From positions 69,796 to 133,795 of the forward strand of contig JANXDX010000003.1 of NCBI GenBank assembly GCA_025058735.1: a DNA stretch of 64,000 bases, in the 5' to 3' direction. Shown here piece by piece: positions 29,700 through 39,829 of this stretch (position 1 is its first letter; each line of letters begins with the position of its first letter). Under the pieces are notes generated by a model. The model ran no database searches. It was not told the DNA's origin and saw only the letters and a program-made list of their open reading frames with translations. A program made the translations under genes and the position numbers. The DNA comes from Archaeoglobaceae archaeon (GTDB taxonomy: Archaea; Halobacteriota; Archaeoglobi; Archaeoglobales; Archaeoglobaceae).

Positions 29700-30869
29700 A
29701 TGTACGACGTAGTTGTCGTAGGTGCTGGGCCTGCTGGGAGTATGGCAGCAAAAGTAGCTGCTGAAAATGGATTGAAAGTTTTACTCATCGAGAAAAGACA
29801 AGAAATTGGTACACCTGTGAGATGTGCTGAAGGTGTAAGTAAAAGATCTTTGCAGAGATTTGTTGAAATTGATAAGAAGTGGATCGCTAATGAAGTTGTC
29901 GGTGCTAAAATTTATTCTCCAGACATGACAGAGATCGTTCTAAGTGAAGAGATGGCGGGAAATGAAGTTGGTTATGTCTTAGAAAGGAAAATATTTGACA
30001 GATATCTAGCAAGGCTAGCTGCAAAATCTGGAGCAGAAGTTTATACAAAAACAACTTTTGTAGAATTCAGAAGAGTGGATGGAAAATTAAAGGTCAAGCT
30101 AAGAAAATTGGGGGAAATTTGGGAAGTGGAAACAAACATCCTTATAGGAGCAGATGGTGTTGAAAGTAGAGTAGGAAGGCTTGCAGGAATAATCAGAACT
30201 TTAAAACTTAACGAAATCGAAAGTTGCGCTCAATACTTGATGGTAGGCTTAAACTTAGATCCTAACTACACGTACTTCTACTTGGGAAAAGATATCGCTC
30301 CAGGAGGTTATGCATGGATATTTCCAAAAGGAGAGAATTCTGCAAACGTTGGAGTGGGAGTTCTACCTTCGATGGCAGAAAAACCTGCTAAATACTACTT
30401 AGATAAATTTATAGAAAAAGTTGGAATTGAAGGGAAAATTATAGAGTTTGTAGCAGGAGCAGTTCCAGTTTATGGAGAAATAGACACTGCGGTTTGTAAC
30501 AACATAATGCTCGCTGGAGATGCAGCTTACCATTCAGATCCGATCACTGGGGGAGGAATTGCAAACGCTTTAGCAGCAGGTTATTATGCTGGAAAAGTTG
30601 CATTTGATGCTGTTAAAGCTAAAGATTTCTCAGAAAAAATCTTAAAGAGGTACGATGAACTTTGGAAAAACGATTTTGGAAAAAAGCTTAGAAGGAACAA
30701 AAAACTTCAAGAAAAGTTTTTAAAGATGGATGATGAGACCTTGAACAAACTAGCTAAAAGTATATCTGGAAAAAATCTGAAAGATATGAGTGTTTTGGCT
30801 ATAGTGATCGAGCTGGTAAAAGCAAATCCAAAACTCTTATTTGAGTTCAAAGACTTACTCATACAGTGA
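29700..30869 (+). CDS. Geranylgeranyl reductase (digeranylgeranylglycerophospholipid reductase family)
   Basis: FAD fold [18 protein letters not shown] and GDAA motifs, about 390 aa. Confidence 0.85.
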   Translation: MYDVVVVGAGPAGSMAAKVAAENGLKVLLIEKRQEIGTPVRCAEGVSKRSLQRFVEIDKKWIANEVVGAKIYSPDMTEIVLSEEMAGNEVGYVLERKIFDRYLARLAAKSGAEVYTKTTFVEFRRVDGKLKVKLRKLGEIWEVETNILIGADGVESRVGRLAGIIRTLKLNEIESCAQYLMVGLNLDPNYTYFYLGKDIAPGGYAWIFPKGENSANVGVGVLPSMAEKPAKYYLDKFIEKVGIEGKIIEFVAGAVPVYGEIDTAVCNNIMLAGDAAYHSDPITGGGIANALAAGYYAGKVAFDAVKAKDFSEKILKRYDELWKNDFGKKLRRNKKLQEKFLKMDDETLNKLAKSISGKNLKDMSVLAIVIELVKANPKLLFEFKDLLIQ

Positions 30870-32955
30870 TCAAAAATTTTATTTGACCAAACAAAGGTTT
30901 TCCAATAGAATTCCTACTCTGCACTGGAATTTTTTCACTTTCAATCTTCAAAATTTTATCCTCTCCAAAAATTACAATCTCTTTCCTACAGAATTTTGCA
31001 GCGATCAATCTTCCAGTTTTATCGTTCAACTTGTGAGCTAAAGCTTTTCTCCTAGATATCTCAGACCTCTTTATAAATCCTTTCTCAGTCACAGTCACCA
31101 TGAGCTCTCCGTCTCCACAGTCTAAGCTAACGATTTTCTCTTCAAATTCTGCTGGAAGATTTGAAGAATCTATTACCCTTGTGTAGCCATCTACTGTTGC
31201 TACAAGGATCTTCTTGTTTAAAACGGCCGCATCAACGATTTCATCGAACCTCTTGTTTTCAAGGTCTGAAAGCTTAAACTTTTCCAATCTCTTCGGAAAA
31301 GCAACAACTACATCATCATCTTTAGCGCAAACGACCGATGTAATCTTTTCATCTTTTTCCAACCTTACTCTATCCTTTACCTTAAGAACTCTCTTGTTTG
31401 TAAAAACAAAAATTCTATCTTTTTTACCGAAAGTTGCTGCAGAAACCCTTAAGCTCACATCTTTCAACTCATCCAAAGGTAGAGTTTTGATCGTACCATC
31501 TTCAAGAACCATCAAAAGTTCAAGATCGTCGAATTCATCCGAAATTTCTGTCCTTCTATCGTCCCCAAAACTGTTCTTTATCTCTTCAAGTTCACTTATT
31601 AAAACGGAATCTAGACTCTTTAATGTATTCTCAAGCTTTTCAACTCTTCCCGTTAGTTCTTCTAATTCTCTAGAAATTTCTTCTATTTCAAGAGCTGTGA
31701 TCTTTTGAAGTCTCATCTGCAAAACTGCATCAGCTTGTCTTTCATCTAATTTATAGAACTCGATCAAGTTTTTCTTAGCCTCTCCAGGTGTTTTACTATT
31801 TTTTATTATTTTAATTGTATAATCAATATTTTTTAATATTTCTTTTAGACCAAAAAGTAAATGCAATCTTTCTTTAGTTTTTTCAAGTTCATGCAAAGTT
31901 CTTCTTCTCACAACTTCTCTCCTCTGTTCTACAAAGTGTTCGATCATTTCTTTCAAGTTCAAGATCTTTGGCTCTCCGTTGACAAGTGCCAAGTTTATTA
32001 TTCCAAACGTTATTTGTAGATCTGTACTTCTGTAAAGTTTTCTTACAACCTTTTCTGCGTTGCTACCAGCTTTCAACTCTAAAACAATCCTGATCCCTTC
32101 TTTATTAGATTCATCTCTTACACTTCTAATTTCATCTACTTCCTTTGCTAACTTTACAATTTCTTCAACTAATCTAGCTTTGTTCACGGTGAAAGGTATC
32201 TCTTTAATTACAACCCTCTTCCCATCTTCCACTTCAACTTTACCTCTCAAAACTATCCTTCCTCTCCCAGTTCTGTAAGCATCTTTTAGAGCCTCATCTC
32301 TTAACACAATCCCTCCAGTTGGAAAATCTGGGCCCTTTATGTAATTTAAAAGATCGTCTACACTGCAATTCGGATTTTTGATGTAAAAAACTATAGCGTC
32401 ACAAACTTCTTTCAAGTTGTGAGGAGGTATGTTAGTTGCCATCCCCACTGCTATGCCGCTCGATCCATTTATCAAGAGATTTGGAATCTTTGAAGGTAGA
32501 ACCGAAGGTTCTTTAAGAGTACAGTCGAAGTTTGAAACAAAATCTACGGTGTTTTTATCTATATCTTCAAGCATAAGTTCAGCTATCTTAGTTAATCTAG
32601 CCTCTGTATATCTCATCGCTGCAGCTTCATCTCCATCTAAGCTTCCAAAGTTTCCTTGACCATCTACAAGTGGATATCGCATTGAAAATTCTTGTGCCAT
32701 CCTAACCAGTGAATCGTAAACAGCTGCATCGCCGTGTGGATGATATTTACCTAAAACTTCTCCGACGATCCTTGCACACTTCTTGTAAGGTCTATCACTT
32801 CTAAGACCCATCTCGTACATAGCATACAAAATTCTTCTTTGAACGGGTTTCAAGCCATCTCTTACATCTGGAATTGCTCTGCCAACTATGACGCTCATCG
32901 CATAACTTATGTACGAATTTTTCAACTCTTCTGCAACATCTTTTACTAGCTCCAC
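30859..32955 (-). CDS. gyrA: Type IIA topoisomerase subunit A (GyrA-like) with a short C-terminal domain
   Basis: The N-terminal breakage-reunion domain is clear ([16 protein letters not shown], catalytic-Tyr context [24 protein letters not shown]). Only about 220 aa follow the coiled-coil tower, and no GyrA-box-like QRRGGKG is seen. Confidence 0.8.
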   Translation of the reverse strand: MELVKDVAEELKNSYISYAMSVIVGRAIPDVRDGLKPVQRRILYAMYEMGLRSDRPYKKCARIVGEVLGKYHPHGDAAVYDSLVRMAQEFSMRYPLVDGQGNFGSLDGDEAAAMRYTEARLTKIAELMLEDIDKNTVDFVSNFDCTLKEPSVLPSKIPNLLINGSSGIAVGMATNIPPHNLKEVCDAIVFYIKNPNCSVDDLLNYIKGPDFPTGGIVLRDEALKDAYRTGRGRIVLRGKVEVEDGKRVVIKEIPFTVNKARLVEEIVKLAKEVDEIRSVRDESNKEGIRIVLELKAGSNAEKVVRKLYRSTDLQITFGIINLALVNGEPKILNLKEMIEHFVEQRREVVRRRTLHELEKTKERLHLLFGLKEILKNIDYTIKIIKNSKTPGEAKKNLIEFYKLDERQADAVLQMRLQKITALEIEEISRELEELTGRVEKLENTLKSLDSVLISELEEIKNSFGDDRRTEISDEFDDLELLMVLEDGTIKTLPLDELKDVSLRVSAATFGKKDRIFVFTNKRVLKVKDRVRLEKDEKITSVVCAKDDDVVVAFPKRLEKFKLSDLENKRFDEIVDAAVLNKKILVATVDGYTRVIDSSNLPAEFEEKIVSLDCGDGELMVTVTEKGFIKRSEISRRKALAHKLNDKTGRLIAAKFCRKEIVIFGEDKILKIESEKIPVQSRNSIGKPLFGQIKFLITV

Positions 32956-33099
32956 TGTTCAAGCAGCAAGGTTCGATTAAAAAACTCTTTGAAACTAATT
33001 AGATATTATATAATAAATTTAAAAGTAATATAATTTTACAATAATTTTAAATAAATTTTTAATTATTTAAAGATTTTTAACTCTGAGCAAACCAATCTT

Positions 33100-33669
33100 A
33101 TGATCTACTTAGGTGGAGAAGCAGAGGTTAGAATTTTGGACGAAGTAGTGATAAAGAGGAGGATATCGAAAAGGTATAGGATCAAGGAGTTGGATGAAGA
33201 GATCAGGTTCAAAAGGACTAGAACTGAGGCTAAGATAATTTCCGCTGCAAGGAAAGTTGGAGTTGCAACTCCAATAATACTGGACGTTGAAGGTGATACT
33301 ATTGTAATGGAAAGGATCAAAGGTCCAACTGCCAAGGATTGTATGAACAAAGACCTTTGCAGAGAAATAGGAAAATCTTTAGCAAAGATGCATTCTGCAA
33401 ACATAATCCATGGCGATGTTACTCCTGCTAACATAATAGTGAGTAAGGGGAAAATATACTTCGTTGATTTTGGATTAGCCTACTTCGATAGTGATGTTGA
33501 AGCAAAAGGTGTAGATCTTCACGTTTTTATAGAATCGCTTAAAGCTTTATACGATGATTGGGAAGAATTGAGAAATTCTTTTTTGGATGGTTACTTGGAG
33601 TTTGGAAGTAGAGAAGTCGTTGAGAGAGTTAAAGAGATAGAGCTGAGGGGAAGATATGTCAGGAGATGA
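33100..33669 (+). CDS. bud32: Bud32/PRPK atypical kinase (KEOPS subunit)
   Basis: About 190 aa minimal kinase fold: GGEAEV, K in VIKRR, HGDVTPANIIV, FVDFGLA. Confidence 0.8.
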   Translation: MIYLGGEAEVRILDEVVIKRRISKRYRIKELDEEIRFKRTRTEAKIISAARKVGVATPIILDVEGDTIVMERIKGPTAKDCMNKDLCREIGKSLAKMHSANIIHGDVTPANIIVSKGKIYFVDFGLAYFDSDVEAKGVDLHVFIESLKALYDDWEELRNSFLDGYLEFGSREVVERVKEIELRGRYVRR

Positions 33670-33743
33670 AAATAATTTAATATTTATTTAATTTTTAAAT
33701 ATTATACTGCAGTTGATCTTAAAAACTCTGCACAACTTTTCAT

Positions 33744-34382
33744 GTGATCGTCAAGATCGGAGAAGTGTTGGAAGTTGCAAACGAAAGTCAGTTGACGATC
33801 TTCATAAACGATAGACCTTACAAGATCTCTTGCACACCAAAGGACTTGGAAGATCTGATCGTAGGTTTCATAGTATCTGAAGGTTTTGCTAACTTTGGAA
33901 ATTTTAAGTATTCTATAAAGCACAAAGAAGTAAGAGTTGAAGTTCCAACGGTTGAGGTTGAAGAAAAGAAGAAAGTTAAAGCTAATAGAACTTTTACTGT
34001 GAGTGAAGTTAGGGAGAAGCTGAACCTCTTAGATATAGAAGAGTACAAGAGGACTAGGGGTTACCATGTAGCAGCAGTTGTTGGAGAAAAAGTTTACTTG
34101 AGGTACGATGTTGGAAGGCACAACGCTGTAGATAAAGCAATTGGAGCTTCTTTGAGAAATTACGAAGATCTTAGCAAAACTTTTCTGATCCTCTCTGGAA
34201 GAATTTCCAGGGAGATAGCTATGAAGTGCGTTAGAAGTGGAATACCTTTGGTAGCTTCAAAGGCTGCAATAATAGATTCTGCTTTAGAAGTTTGCAGAGA
34301 GACTGGGCTTTCAGCTATCTCTTTTACTACGGGAATCGCTTACGTCGGTGAAGCTCTTAGGATTCAACTTCAATCTAACTAA
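33744..34382 (+). CDS. fdhD: FdhD-like protein (formate dehydrogenase family accessory sulfurtransferase homologue), short and without a Cys loop
   Basis: CTPKDLEDLIVGFIVSEG, YHVAAVV, DVGRHNAVDKAIG and the C-terminal SGRISREIAMKCVRSGIPLVASKAA fit FdhD. GTG start, only 212 aa. Confidence 0.65.
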   Translation: MIVKIGEVLEVANESQLTIFINDRPYKISCTPKDLEDLIVGFIVSEGFANFGNFKYSIKHKEVRVEVPTVEVEEKKKVKANRTFTVSEVREKLNLLDIEEYKRTRGYHVAAVVGEKVYLRYDVGRHNAVDKAIGASLRNYEDLSKTFLILSGRISREIAMKCVRSGIPLVASKAAIIDSALEVCRETGLSAISFTTGIAYVGEALRIQLQSN

Positions 34383-34733
34383 AAAATCTATTGCTAGTTT
34401 TTGCGCCTTTTCTTCAATTTGCAAAGCATTTTCATATATTTTTTCGAACATTTCAAGCTTTGAAAACTCTTTTATCTCTTTTATCCTTCTAAGAGTCATC
34501 ATGAGTTCATCCTTGTAAAGAAGGCAGCTGTAGCATCTATTTTTCTCCATGAAATTTATTCTTTTTTCTAAAATTTTTAAATACCTTTCGTAGTCTCTTT
34601 CAAGTTCAGTTCTAAAAAAAGAACAGTCTAAACAGTAAAAAGTAACAGGATCTAAGCACTTTTCACAAACGTACCTGTAACACCTTGGACAAACCGAGTT
34701 TGCCAAGTTTTTACATATTTCACATTCAGCCAT
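34311..34733 (-). CDS. Hypothetical zinc-finger (8-Cys) plus coiled-coil protein
   Basis: N-terminal CEIC-x8-CPRC-x5-CEKC-x9-CLDC, followed by a helical charged region. Its ATG overlaps the cdc48 stop (ATGGCTGA). Confidence 0.4.
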   Translation of the reverse strand: MAECEICKNLANSVCPRCYRYVCEKCLDPVTFYCLDCSFFRTELERDYERYLKILEKRINFMEKNRCYSCLLYKDELMMTLRRIKEIKEFSKLEMFEKIYENALQIEEKAQKLAIDFLVRLKLNPKSFTDVSDSRSKRDS

Positions 34734-37152
34734 AACCGACTATTGGCTTCGTTGATACTTTGATCCTTTCAGTTCTAACTCTCTCCTCAAACCTTTCGTA
34801 AAGAGATAGCATAGCTTCATTTACGCTTGGCTTAACCTTCCTCAAAGATTCCATGAAGTGTCTCATCTCGATCTTTTCAATGCTCATGTTTTCACGAATT
34901 GCAAGCATTACAGCTTCTCTGCAAACAGCCTCTATGTCAGCTCCAACGTAACCTTCTGTAATTTCTGCCAACTCTTCAAGATCAACATCTTCAGCTAGTG
35001 GCATGTTCTTCGTGTGAATCTTGAATATTGCAAGTCTGCTCTTCTTATCCGGTGGTCTAACGTAGATCAGTCTATCGAACCTTCCAGGTCTTAGTAAAGC
35101 TGGATCCAGTATGTCAGGTCTGTTTGTTGCAGCGATTACAACTACACCTCTAAGCTCTTCAAGCCCATCCATCTCTGTTAGAAGTTGATTTAAAACCCTT
35201 TCAACTGCTCTATTCCCTTCATCGATTCCTCTAACTTGAGCTATTGCATCTATTTCATCGAAAAATACTATGCACGGCGCAACTTGTCTTGCTTTTCTGA
35301 ATATCTTTCTTATAGCTTTCTCGCTCTCACCAAGCCATTTGCTAAGTATTTCTCCACCTTTTATGCTTATGAAGTTTGCATTCGTTTCGTTTGCTACAGC
35401 TTTTGCTATCAAAGTTTTTCCAGTTCCAGGAGGGCCGTATAAAAGGACACCTTTCGTAGGCCTAATTCCGAATTTTTTAAACTTCTCAGGATACTTCATT
35501 GGCCATTCTACAGCTTCTATTATCTCTCTCTTTACTTCTTCAAGTCCACCAACATCTTCCCATGTAACCTTTGGTATTTCTACTAAAACTTCTCTCATTG
35601 CAGATGGTTCAATTTCTTTTAAAGCTTCAACAAAGTCTTCCCATGTAACTTTCATTGAATCTAGGATTTCAAAAGGTATTTCTTCAGCGTTCAAGTCAAT
35701 TTTTGGCAGATACCTCCTTAAAGCTTTCATAGCAGCTTCCTTGCATAGAGCTTCAATGTCTGCTCCAACGAATCCATGAGTCTGATCTGCGAGAGCTTTA
35801 AGCATAACTTTAACAACGTAATTATCTAGTTCAAATTGAACTTCTGGAAGCATTAGATTTTTGACTATATCTTTGACTTCACTATCTTTTTCTGCAGCTT
35901 TTACTTCATCGTAAACGAATTCTAAGTTCTTCAATACAGTTGGTTCATTTACGTTTGCTTTCATAATTTCGATAGCCTCTAAAACAAACTCTCTACTGTA
36001 CTTCGCCTCTATCGGCATGTTCCTCGTATGTATCTGGAAAATCTCGAACCTACCCTCTCTATCAGGAACTCCAATCTCTATCTCTCTATCAAACCTTCCA
36101 GGCCTTCTTAAAGCTGGATCTACTGCATCTATTCTGTTTGTAGCACCAATTACTATAACTTGTCCCCTCTCCTCAAGCCCGTCCATCAAAGTTAAAAGCT
36201 GAGCTACAACTCTCCTTTCAACTTCTCCAGTAACATCTTCTCTTCTAGGAGCTATTGAGTCTATCTCATCTATGAATATTATTGAAGGAGCGTTTTCTTT
36301 AGCTTGTTCAAATATTTCTCTAAGTCTCTGTTCTGATTCTCCATAAAATTTACTCATTATTTCTGGACCGTTTATTGCAAAGAAACTAGCTCCTATTTCG
36401 TTTGCTACAGCTTTTGCTATCAAAGTTTTTCCAGTTCCAGGAGGGCCGTGCAATAGAATTCCCTTCGGCGGCTCAATTCCTAACCTCTGAAACACTTCTG
36501 GATACCTTAAAGGCAACTCTATCATTTCTCTTATCTTCTGCAGCTCCTCCTTCAACCCACCTATGTCTTCGTACGTAACTCCTGCTTTTCCCAGCTTTTC
36601 GTAACCTTTTGCTGGTCTATCTCTGTAAATTACTTTGGTCGATTCTTCGATAACGATCGGTCCTTTTGGTTCAGTTTTGACTGCTACAAATGCTAAAGCC
36701 TGGTTGCTATTTAAATAGCCTGTTGTAAAGCTAAAAGATGATGTTACGAGTGGAACAACATCACCTTCAACTAAAGCCCTCTTCAAAAGCTGCTGCTTTA
36801 AGTAATCACCCGCATCTATACCGTAAATTCTAAGCTCAACTTTTTTTAAAGGGGCTAAAATGATGACCTTTGCTGCTAGGTAGTTTGTTTTTCTGACCTT
36901 TACAAGATCACCAATTCCCACTCCAGCGTTTTCTCTAGTAAACTTATCCAGTCTGATAATATTTTTACCCCAATCTCTTTTTGGAGCTCTCCAAACTTTT
37001 GCCACAGTTTTTCTTCTTCCTTCTATTTCTACAACGTCTCCAGGAGATATCTGCAACCTGATCATTGTATCAGGATCAAGCCTTACAATTCCCCTCCCTG
37101 AATCGCTTGGATAAGCTTGATTGACTTTAAGTGTAACTTCCAATCCAATCAC
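34726..37152 (-). CDS. cdc48: Cdc48/VCP/VAT-type AAA+ ATPase (N domain plus D1 plus D2)
   Basis: Double-psi-barrel N domain (GRGIVRLD...), two AAA modules each with GPPGTGKTL, a Walker B DEID and an SRH. Ends ...VGYG. Confidence 0.9.
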   Translation of the reverse strand: MIGLEVTLKVNQAYPSDSGRGIVRLDPDTMIRLQISPGDVVEIEGRRKTVAKVWRAPKRDWGKNIIRLDKFTRENAGVGIGDLVKVRKTNYLAAKVIILAPLKKVELRIYGIDAGDYLKQQLLKRALVEGDVVPLVTSSFSFTTGYLNSNQALAFVAVKTEPKGPIVIEESTKVIYRDRPAKGYEKLGKAGVTYEDIGGLKEELQKIREMIELPLRYPEVFQRLGIEPPKGILLHGPPGTGKTLIAKAVANEIGASFFAINGPEIMSKFYGESEQRLREIFEQAKENAPSIIFIDEIDSIAPRREDVTGEVERRVVAQLLTLMDGLEERGQVIVIGATNRIDAVDPALRRPGRFDREIEIGVPDREGRFEIFQIHTRNMPIEAKYSREFVLEAIEIMKANVNEPTVLKNLEFVYDEVKAAEKDSEVKDIVKNLMLPEVQFELDNYVVKVMLKALADQTHGFVGADIEALCKEAAMKALRRYLPKIDLNAEEIPFEILDSMKVTWEDFVEALKEIEPSAMREVLVEIPKVTWEDVGGLEEVKREIIEAVEWPMKYPEKFKKFGIRPTKGVLLYGPPGTGKTLIAKAVANETNANFISIKGGEILSKWLGESEKAIRKIFRKARQVAPCIVFFDEIDAIAQVRGIDEGNRAVERVLNQLLTEMDGLEELRGVVVIAATNRPDILDPALLRPGRFDRLIYVRPPDKKSRLAIFKIHTKNMPLAEDVDLEELAEITEGYVGADIEAVCREAVMLAIRENMSIEKIEMRHFMESLRKVKPSVNEAMLSLYERFEERVRTERIKVSTKPIVGYG
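35385..35438. repeat. 54-nt perfect direct repeat, copy 1 (cdc48 D2 Walker A region)
   Basis: tttcgtttgctacagcttttgctatcaaagtttttccagttccaggagggccgt is identical to 36396-36449. The flanks diverge immediately. Confidence 0.9.
36396..36449. repeat. 54-nt perfect direct repeat, copy 2 (cdc48 D1 Walker A region)
   Basis: Identical to 35385-35438, 1011 nt apart and in the same reading frame (encodes [17 protein letters not shown]). Confidence 0.9.
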
Positions 37153-37196
37153 CTAAAGTATTTTTACCTAAGAAAGAAAAGACTTTTGGTGATTTG

Positions 37197-38345
37197 ATGA
37201 AAGTAGCTATATTCGATGCCTTCAGCGGAGCGAGTGGGGATATGATAGTAGCTTCTCTTTTAGGCGTATCACTTTCTAAGGAAGATCTGAAATCAATAGT
37301 AGAATCTACCAAGATAGAAGTTAGTTTTAATGTTAAAGAAGTTAAGAAGAAAGGTTTGAATGCCAAGAGAGTTGAAGTTTTAGAAAAAAAATTCGTCGAA
37401 AGAAGTTACGATGAAATAAAAAAAGTTGTAGATAAAGCTGAAGTAGATGAGAAGGCAAAAATAGATGCTTTAAAAATCTTTGAATCTCTAGCAGAGGCTG
37501 AAAAAAAAGTTCATGGAGAAGGTAAGTTCCACGAAGTTGGCAGTGACGATGCGATCTTCGATGTTTTAAGTTCAGCAGTAGGAATCAGAAACCTCATATC
37601 GAAAGGTTACAAATTGTATGCAAAGCCTCTAAGGTTGGGAAGTGGCTTTGTTCAATGTAAGCACGGCCTATTACCTGTTCCAGCTCCAGTTACACTCGAA
37701 GTTCTGAAGAAGTCGAAAGTTGAGGTCTTATTCGATGGAAAAGGAGAACTTCTAACTCCTACAGCTGCAGCTGTAATTGGTTACTACTGTGAAAAGTACT
37801 TGAACTTTCCGTTGAAGATCGAAGATATCTCTTATGGAGCTGGAACCCTTGAACTTGAACATCCAAACGTTTTAAGGTTGATCCTTGGAGAAAGAAGTGA
37901 AAAAGATTCTGTAGTTTTACTTGAAACGAACATAGATGATGTAAGCTGTGAAATCATAGGTTACGCTGCAGAAAAGCTCAGAGGATTTGAAGGGGTTCTG
38001 GACGTTTGGATATTAAGTGCTGTTGGAAAGAAATCCAGACCAACTTTTGAATTGAAAGTTTTAACAAAAGAGGAGAAAAGTGAAGAAATTGCTGAAAAGA
38101 TCATGGAGATAACTGGAACACTTGGTGTAAGAGTTCTACCTATATACCACAGAAAGATAGCTGAGAGGGAAGTTTTAAAAAGAGAAGTTGAAATTCTTGG
38201 AAAAAAGTTTGAAGTCAAGTACAAAATTTCAAGTAATCGCTTAAAGCCAGAGTTTGATGACGTTGTAAAGGTGGCTGAAGATCTGAAAGTACCTCTGATG
38301 AAAGTTATAGAGAAGGTTGTAAGAGATGCTGATCCCGACAGGTAG
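37197..38345 (+). CDS. larC: LarC-family nickel insertion protein (DUF111)
   Basis: N-terminus MKVAIFDAFSGASGDM is the hallmark of LarC/DUF111, about 380 aa. ATG at 37197 has GGTGA upstream. Confidence 0.8.
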   Translation: MKVAIFDAFSGASGDMIVASLLGVSLSKEDLKSIVESTKIEVSFNVKEVKKKGLNAKRVEVLEKKFVERSYDEIKKVVDKAEVDEKAKIDALKIFESLAEAEKKVHGEGKFHEVGSDDAIFDVLSSAVGIRNLISKGYKLYAKPLRLGSGFVQCKHGLLPVPAPVTLEVLKKSKVEVLFDGKGELLTPTAAAVIGYYCEKYLNFPLKIEDISYGAGTLELEHPNVLRLILGERSEKDSVVLLETNIDDVSCEIIGYAAEKLRGFEGVLDVWILSAVGKKSRPTFELKVLTKEEKSEEIAEKIMEITGTLGVRVLPIYHRKIAEREVLKREVEILGKKFEVKYKISSNRLKPEFDDVVKVAEDLKVPLMKVIEKVVRDADPDR

Positions 38346-38973
38346 TACATGCATAGATTATTTGATCGGAGGAGGAGTTGAAACTTCTACAATAACTCAA
38401 TTCTATGGTCTAAGTGGAACTGGAAAAACGACTATTTGCCTTATGATTGCAAAAAGTGCAGTAAAAAGTAACTTCAAAGTAGCATACGTAGATACTGAGG
38501 GCTTGTCAATTCAAAGGGTTGAGCAAATATTTCAAGATAGAAGTTTATTTTCAAACGTTTACGTTTACAAAGTTGTAGATTTCAAGCAGCAAAGTTTAGC
38601 AATAAGAGATGTTGAAAAGCTCTGCAACGAAGTTAAAGTTGTAGTTGTAGACAGCTTTACAGCTCTATATAGAGCTGAGCTTGAAAATGATAGTATCAAA
38701 GCTAAAAGAGAGTTAACTAGACAGCTAACTTTTCTACTTGGAGTAGCTAGAAAGCACGACGTTGCAGTCGTAATAACAAACCAGATGTTTACAGACGTTG
38801 AAAGCGGAGAAGATAGACCCTTGGGAGGAACAGCTGTAGAGCATTTATCAAAAACAATAGTATCTCTAGAAAAGCATGGAAAAAAGAGAATTGCAAGACT
38901 TATCAAACACAGATGGCTTCCAGAGGGATTGAGTTGTGAGTTTAGGATAACAGATAGAGGTATAGAGCCTTAA
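38326..38973 (+). CDS. radB: DNA repair and recombination protein RadB
   Basis: About 215 aa RecA-core-only protein with Walker A GLSGTGKTT, lacking the N-terminal HhH domain of RadA. Confidence 0.8.
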   Translation: MLIPTGSTCIDYLIGGGVETSTITQFYGLSGTGKTTICLMIAKSAVKSNFKVAYVDTEGLSIQRVEQIFQDRSLFSNVYVYKVVDFKQQSLAIRDVEKLCNEVKVVVVDSFTALYRAELENDSIKAKRELTRQLTFLLGVARKHDVAVVITNQMFTDVESGEDRPLGGTAVEHLSKTIVSLEKHGKKRIARLIKHRWLPEGLSCEFRITDRGIEP

Positions 38974-39068
38974 AAGTTCGTGAATAAGTTGCGTTTAGTT
39001 TAATTTTAAAATATTATTATTGATTATTAAATAATTGTTTATAAAAATTTGTTGTACTGAAGCGAAAG

Positions 39069-39077
39069 TTTTAAATA
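39069..39077 (+). promoter_or_regulatory. TATA box (TTTTAAATA) with purine-rich BRE-like flank, upstream of the pilin-like gene
   Basis: cgaaagTTTTAAATA lies about 50 nt upstream of the ATG at 39124, and AAGGTGG (Shine-Dalgarno) is at 39111-39117. Confidence 0.35.
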
Positions 39078-39123
39078 GATAAAGTTCATTATAACTATAA
39101 CTACTACTATAAGGTGGTAAGAA

Positions 39124-39513
39124 ATGAGACGTGATGAAAAAGGTGTATCTCCGGTGATAGGCGTAATATTGATGGTAGCAATTACAGTAATACTAGCAGC
39201 AGTAGTAGCGAGCTTCGTTTTTGGTCTTGGAGGAACTGTGAAGAGAAGTTACAACGTAGCTTTTACAGTTTCTGCCGTTAATGCTTCACACGCGGTAGTA
39301 ACATTCCAAGGAGGGCCGGATGTTGCCTTCTTAGATACTACAGATGCTTGTAAAATATACAAAGAAGGTACGTCTATTACGGGTGGTAACTTTAATAAAA
39401 CTGAGGTAGGTAAAAGTATTACAATTGGTTTAACTAGTGGAGAAACTGTAACGGTTGTCTGCGACTTCATAGATGGAACTAAGCAAGTTATGCTAACGTA
39501 CACTAGACCTTAG
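39124..39513 (+). CDS. Archaeal type IV pilin-like protein (class III signal peptide, DUF1628-like)
   Basis: [35 protein letters not shown] is a canonical prepilin-peptidase-type N-terminus. Confidence 0.7.
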   Translation: MRRDEKGVSPVIGVILMVAITVILAAVVASFVFGLGGTVKRSYNVAFTVSAVNASHAVVTFQGGPDVAFLDTTDACKIYKEGTSITGGNFNKTEVGKSITIGLTSGETVTVVCDFIDGTKQVMLTYTRP

Positions 39514-39517
39514 TTCA

Positions 39518-39556
39518 AATTTTTTATTTATTTTTATTTTATTTATTTTTTAATTA
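39518..39556 (+). terminator. Oligo-T tract cluster downstream of the pilin-like gene
   Basis: Runs of T5-T6 (atttttt attta ttttt atttt atttatttttt) start 5 nt after the stop. Archaeal termination typically occurs at oligo-T. Confidence 0.3.
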
Positions 39557-39633
39557 ACTTTAAAATTTTTAGTAAATTCTTTTAAATTGTTGTTTTTATC
39601 TCATGATAGTTCTGTAAATTCTAATTAAATAAA

Positions 39634-39707
39634 TGGGGCCGCCGAGACTTGAACTCGGGTCACCGGCGCCCCAGGCCGGGAGGATGACCAAGCTACCCCA
39701 CGGCCCC
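39634..39707 (-). tRNA. tRNA-Pro (anticodon GGG)
   Basis: The reverse complement folds as GGGGCCG/CGGCCCC acceptor, anticodon stem CCGGC/GCCGG with loop CTGGGGC, T arm CCGAG-TTCAAGT-CTCGG, discriminator A. No CCA and no intron. Confidence 0.9.
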
Positions 39708-39829
39708 TTGATAAAATTCCTGTTGGTGTATAAATCCTTTGCTTCTAAATCTTATAGATAGAATAATAAATTAAATATAAAATATTACAAATTCGATGAA
39801 TGTAAAAAGTTTAAAAAAGAAAAGAAACT

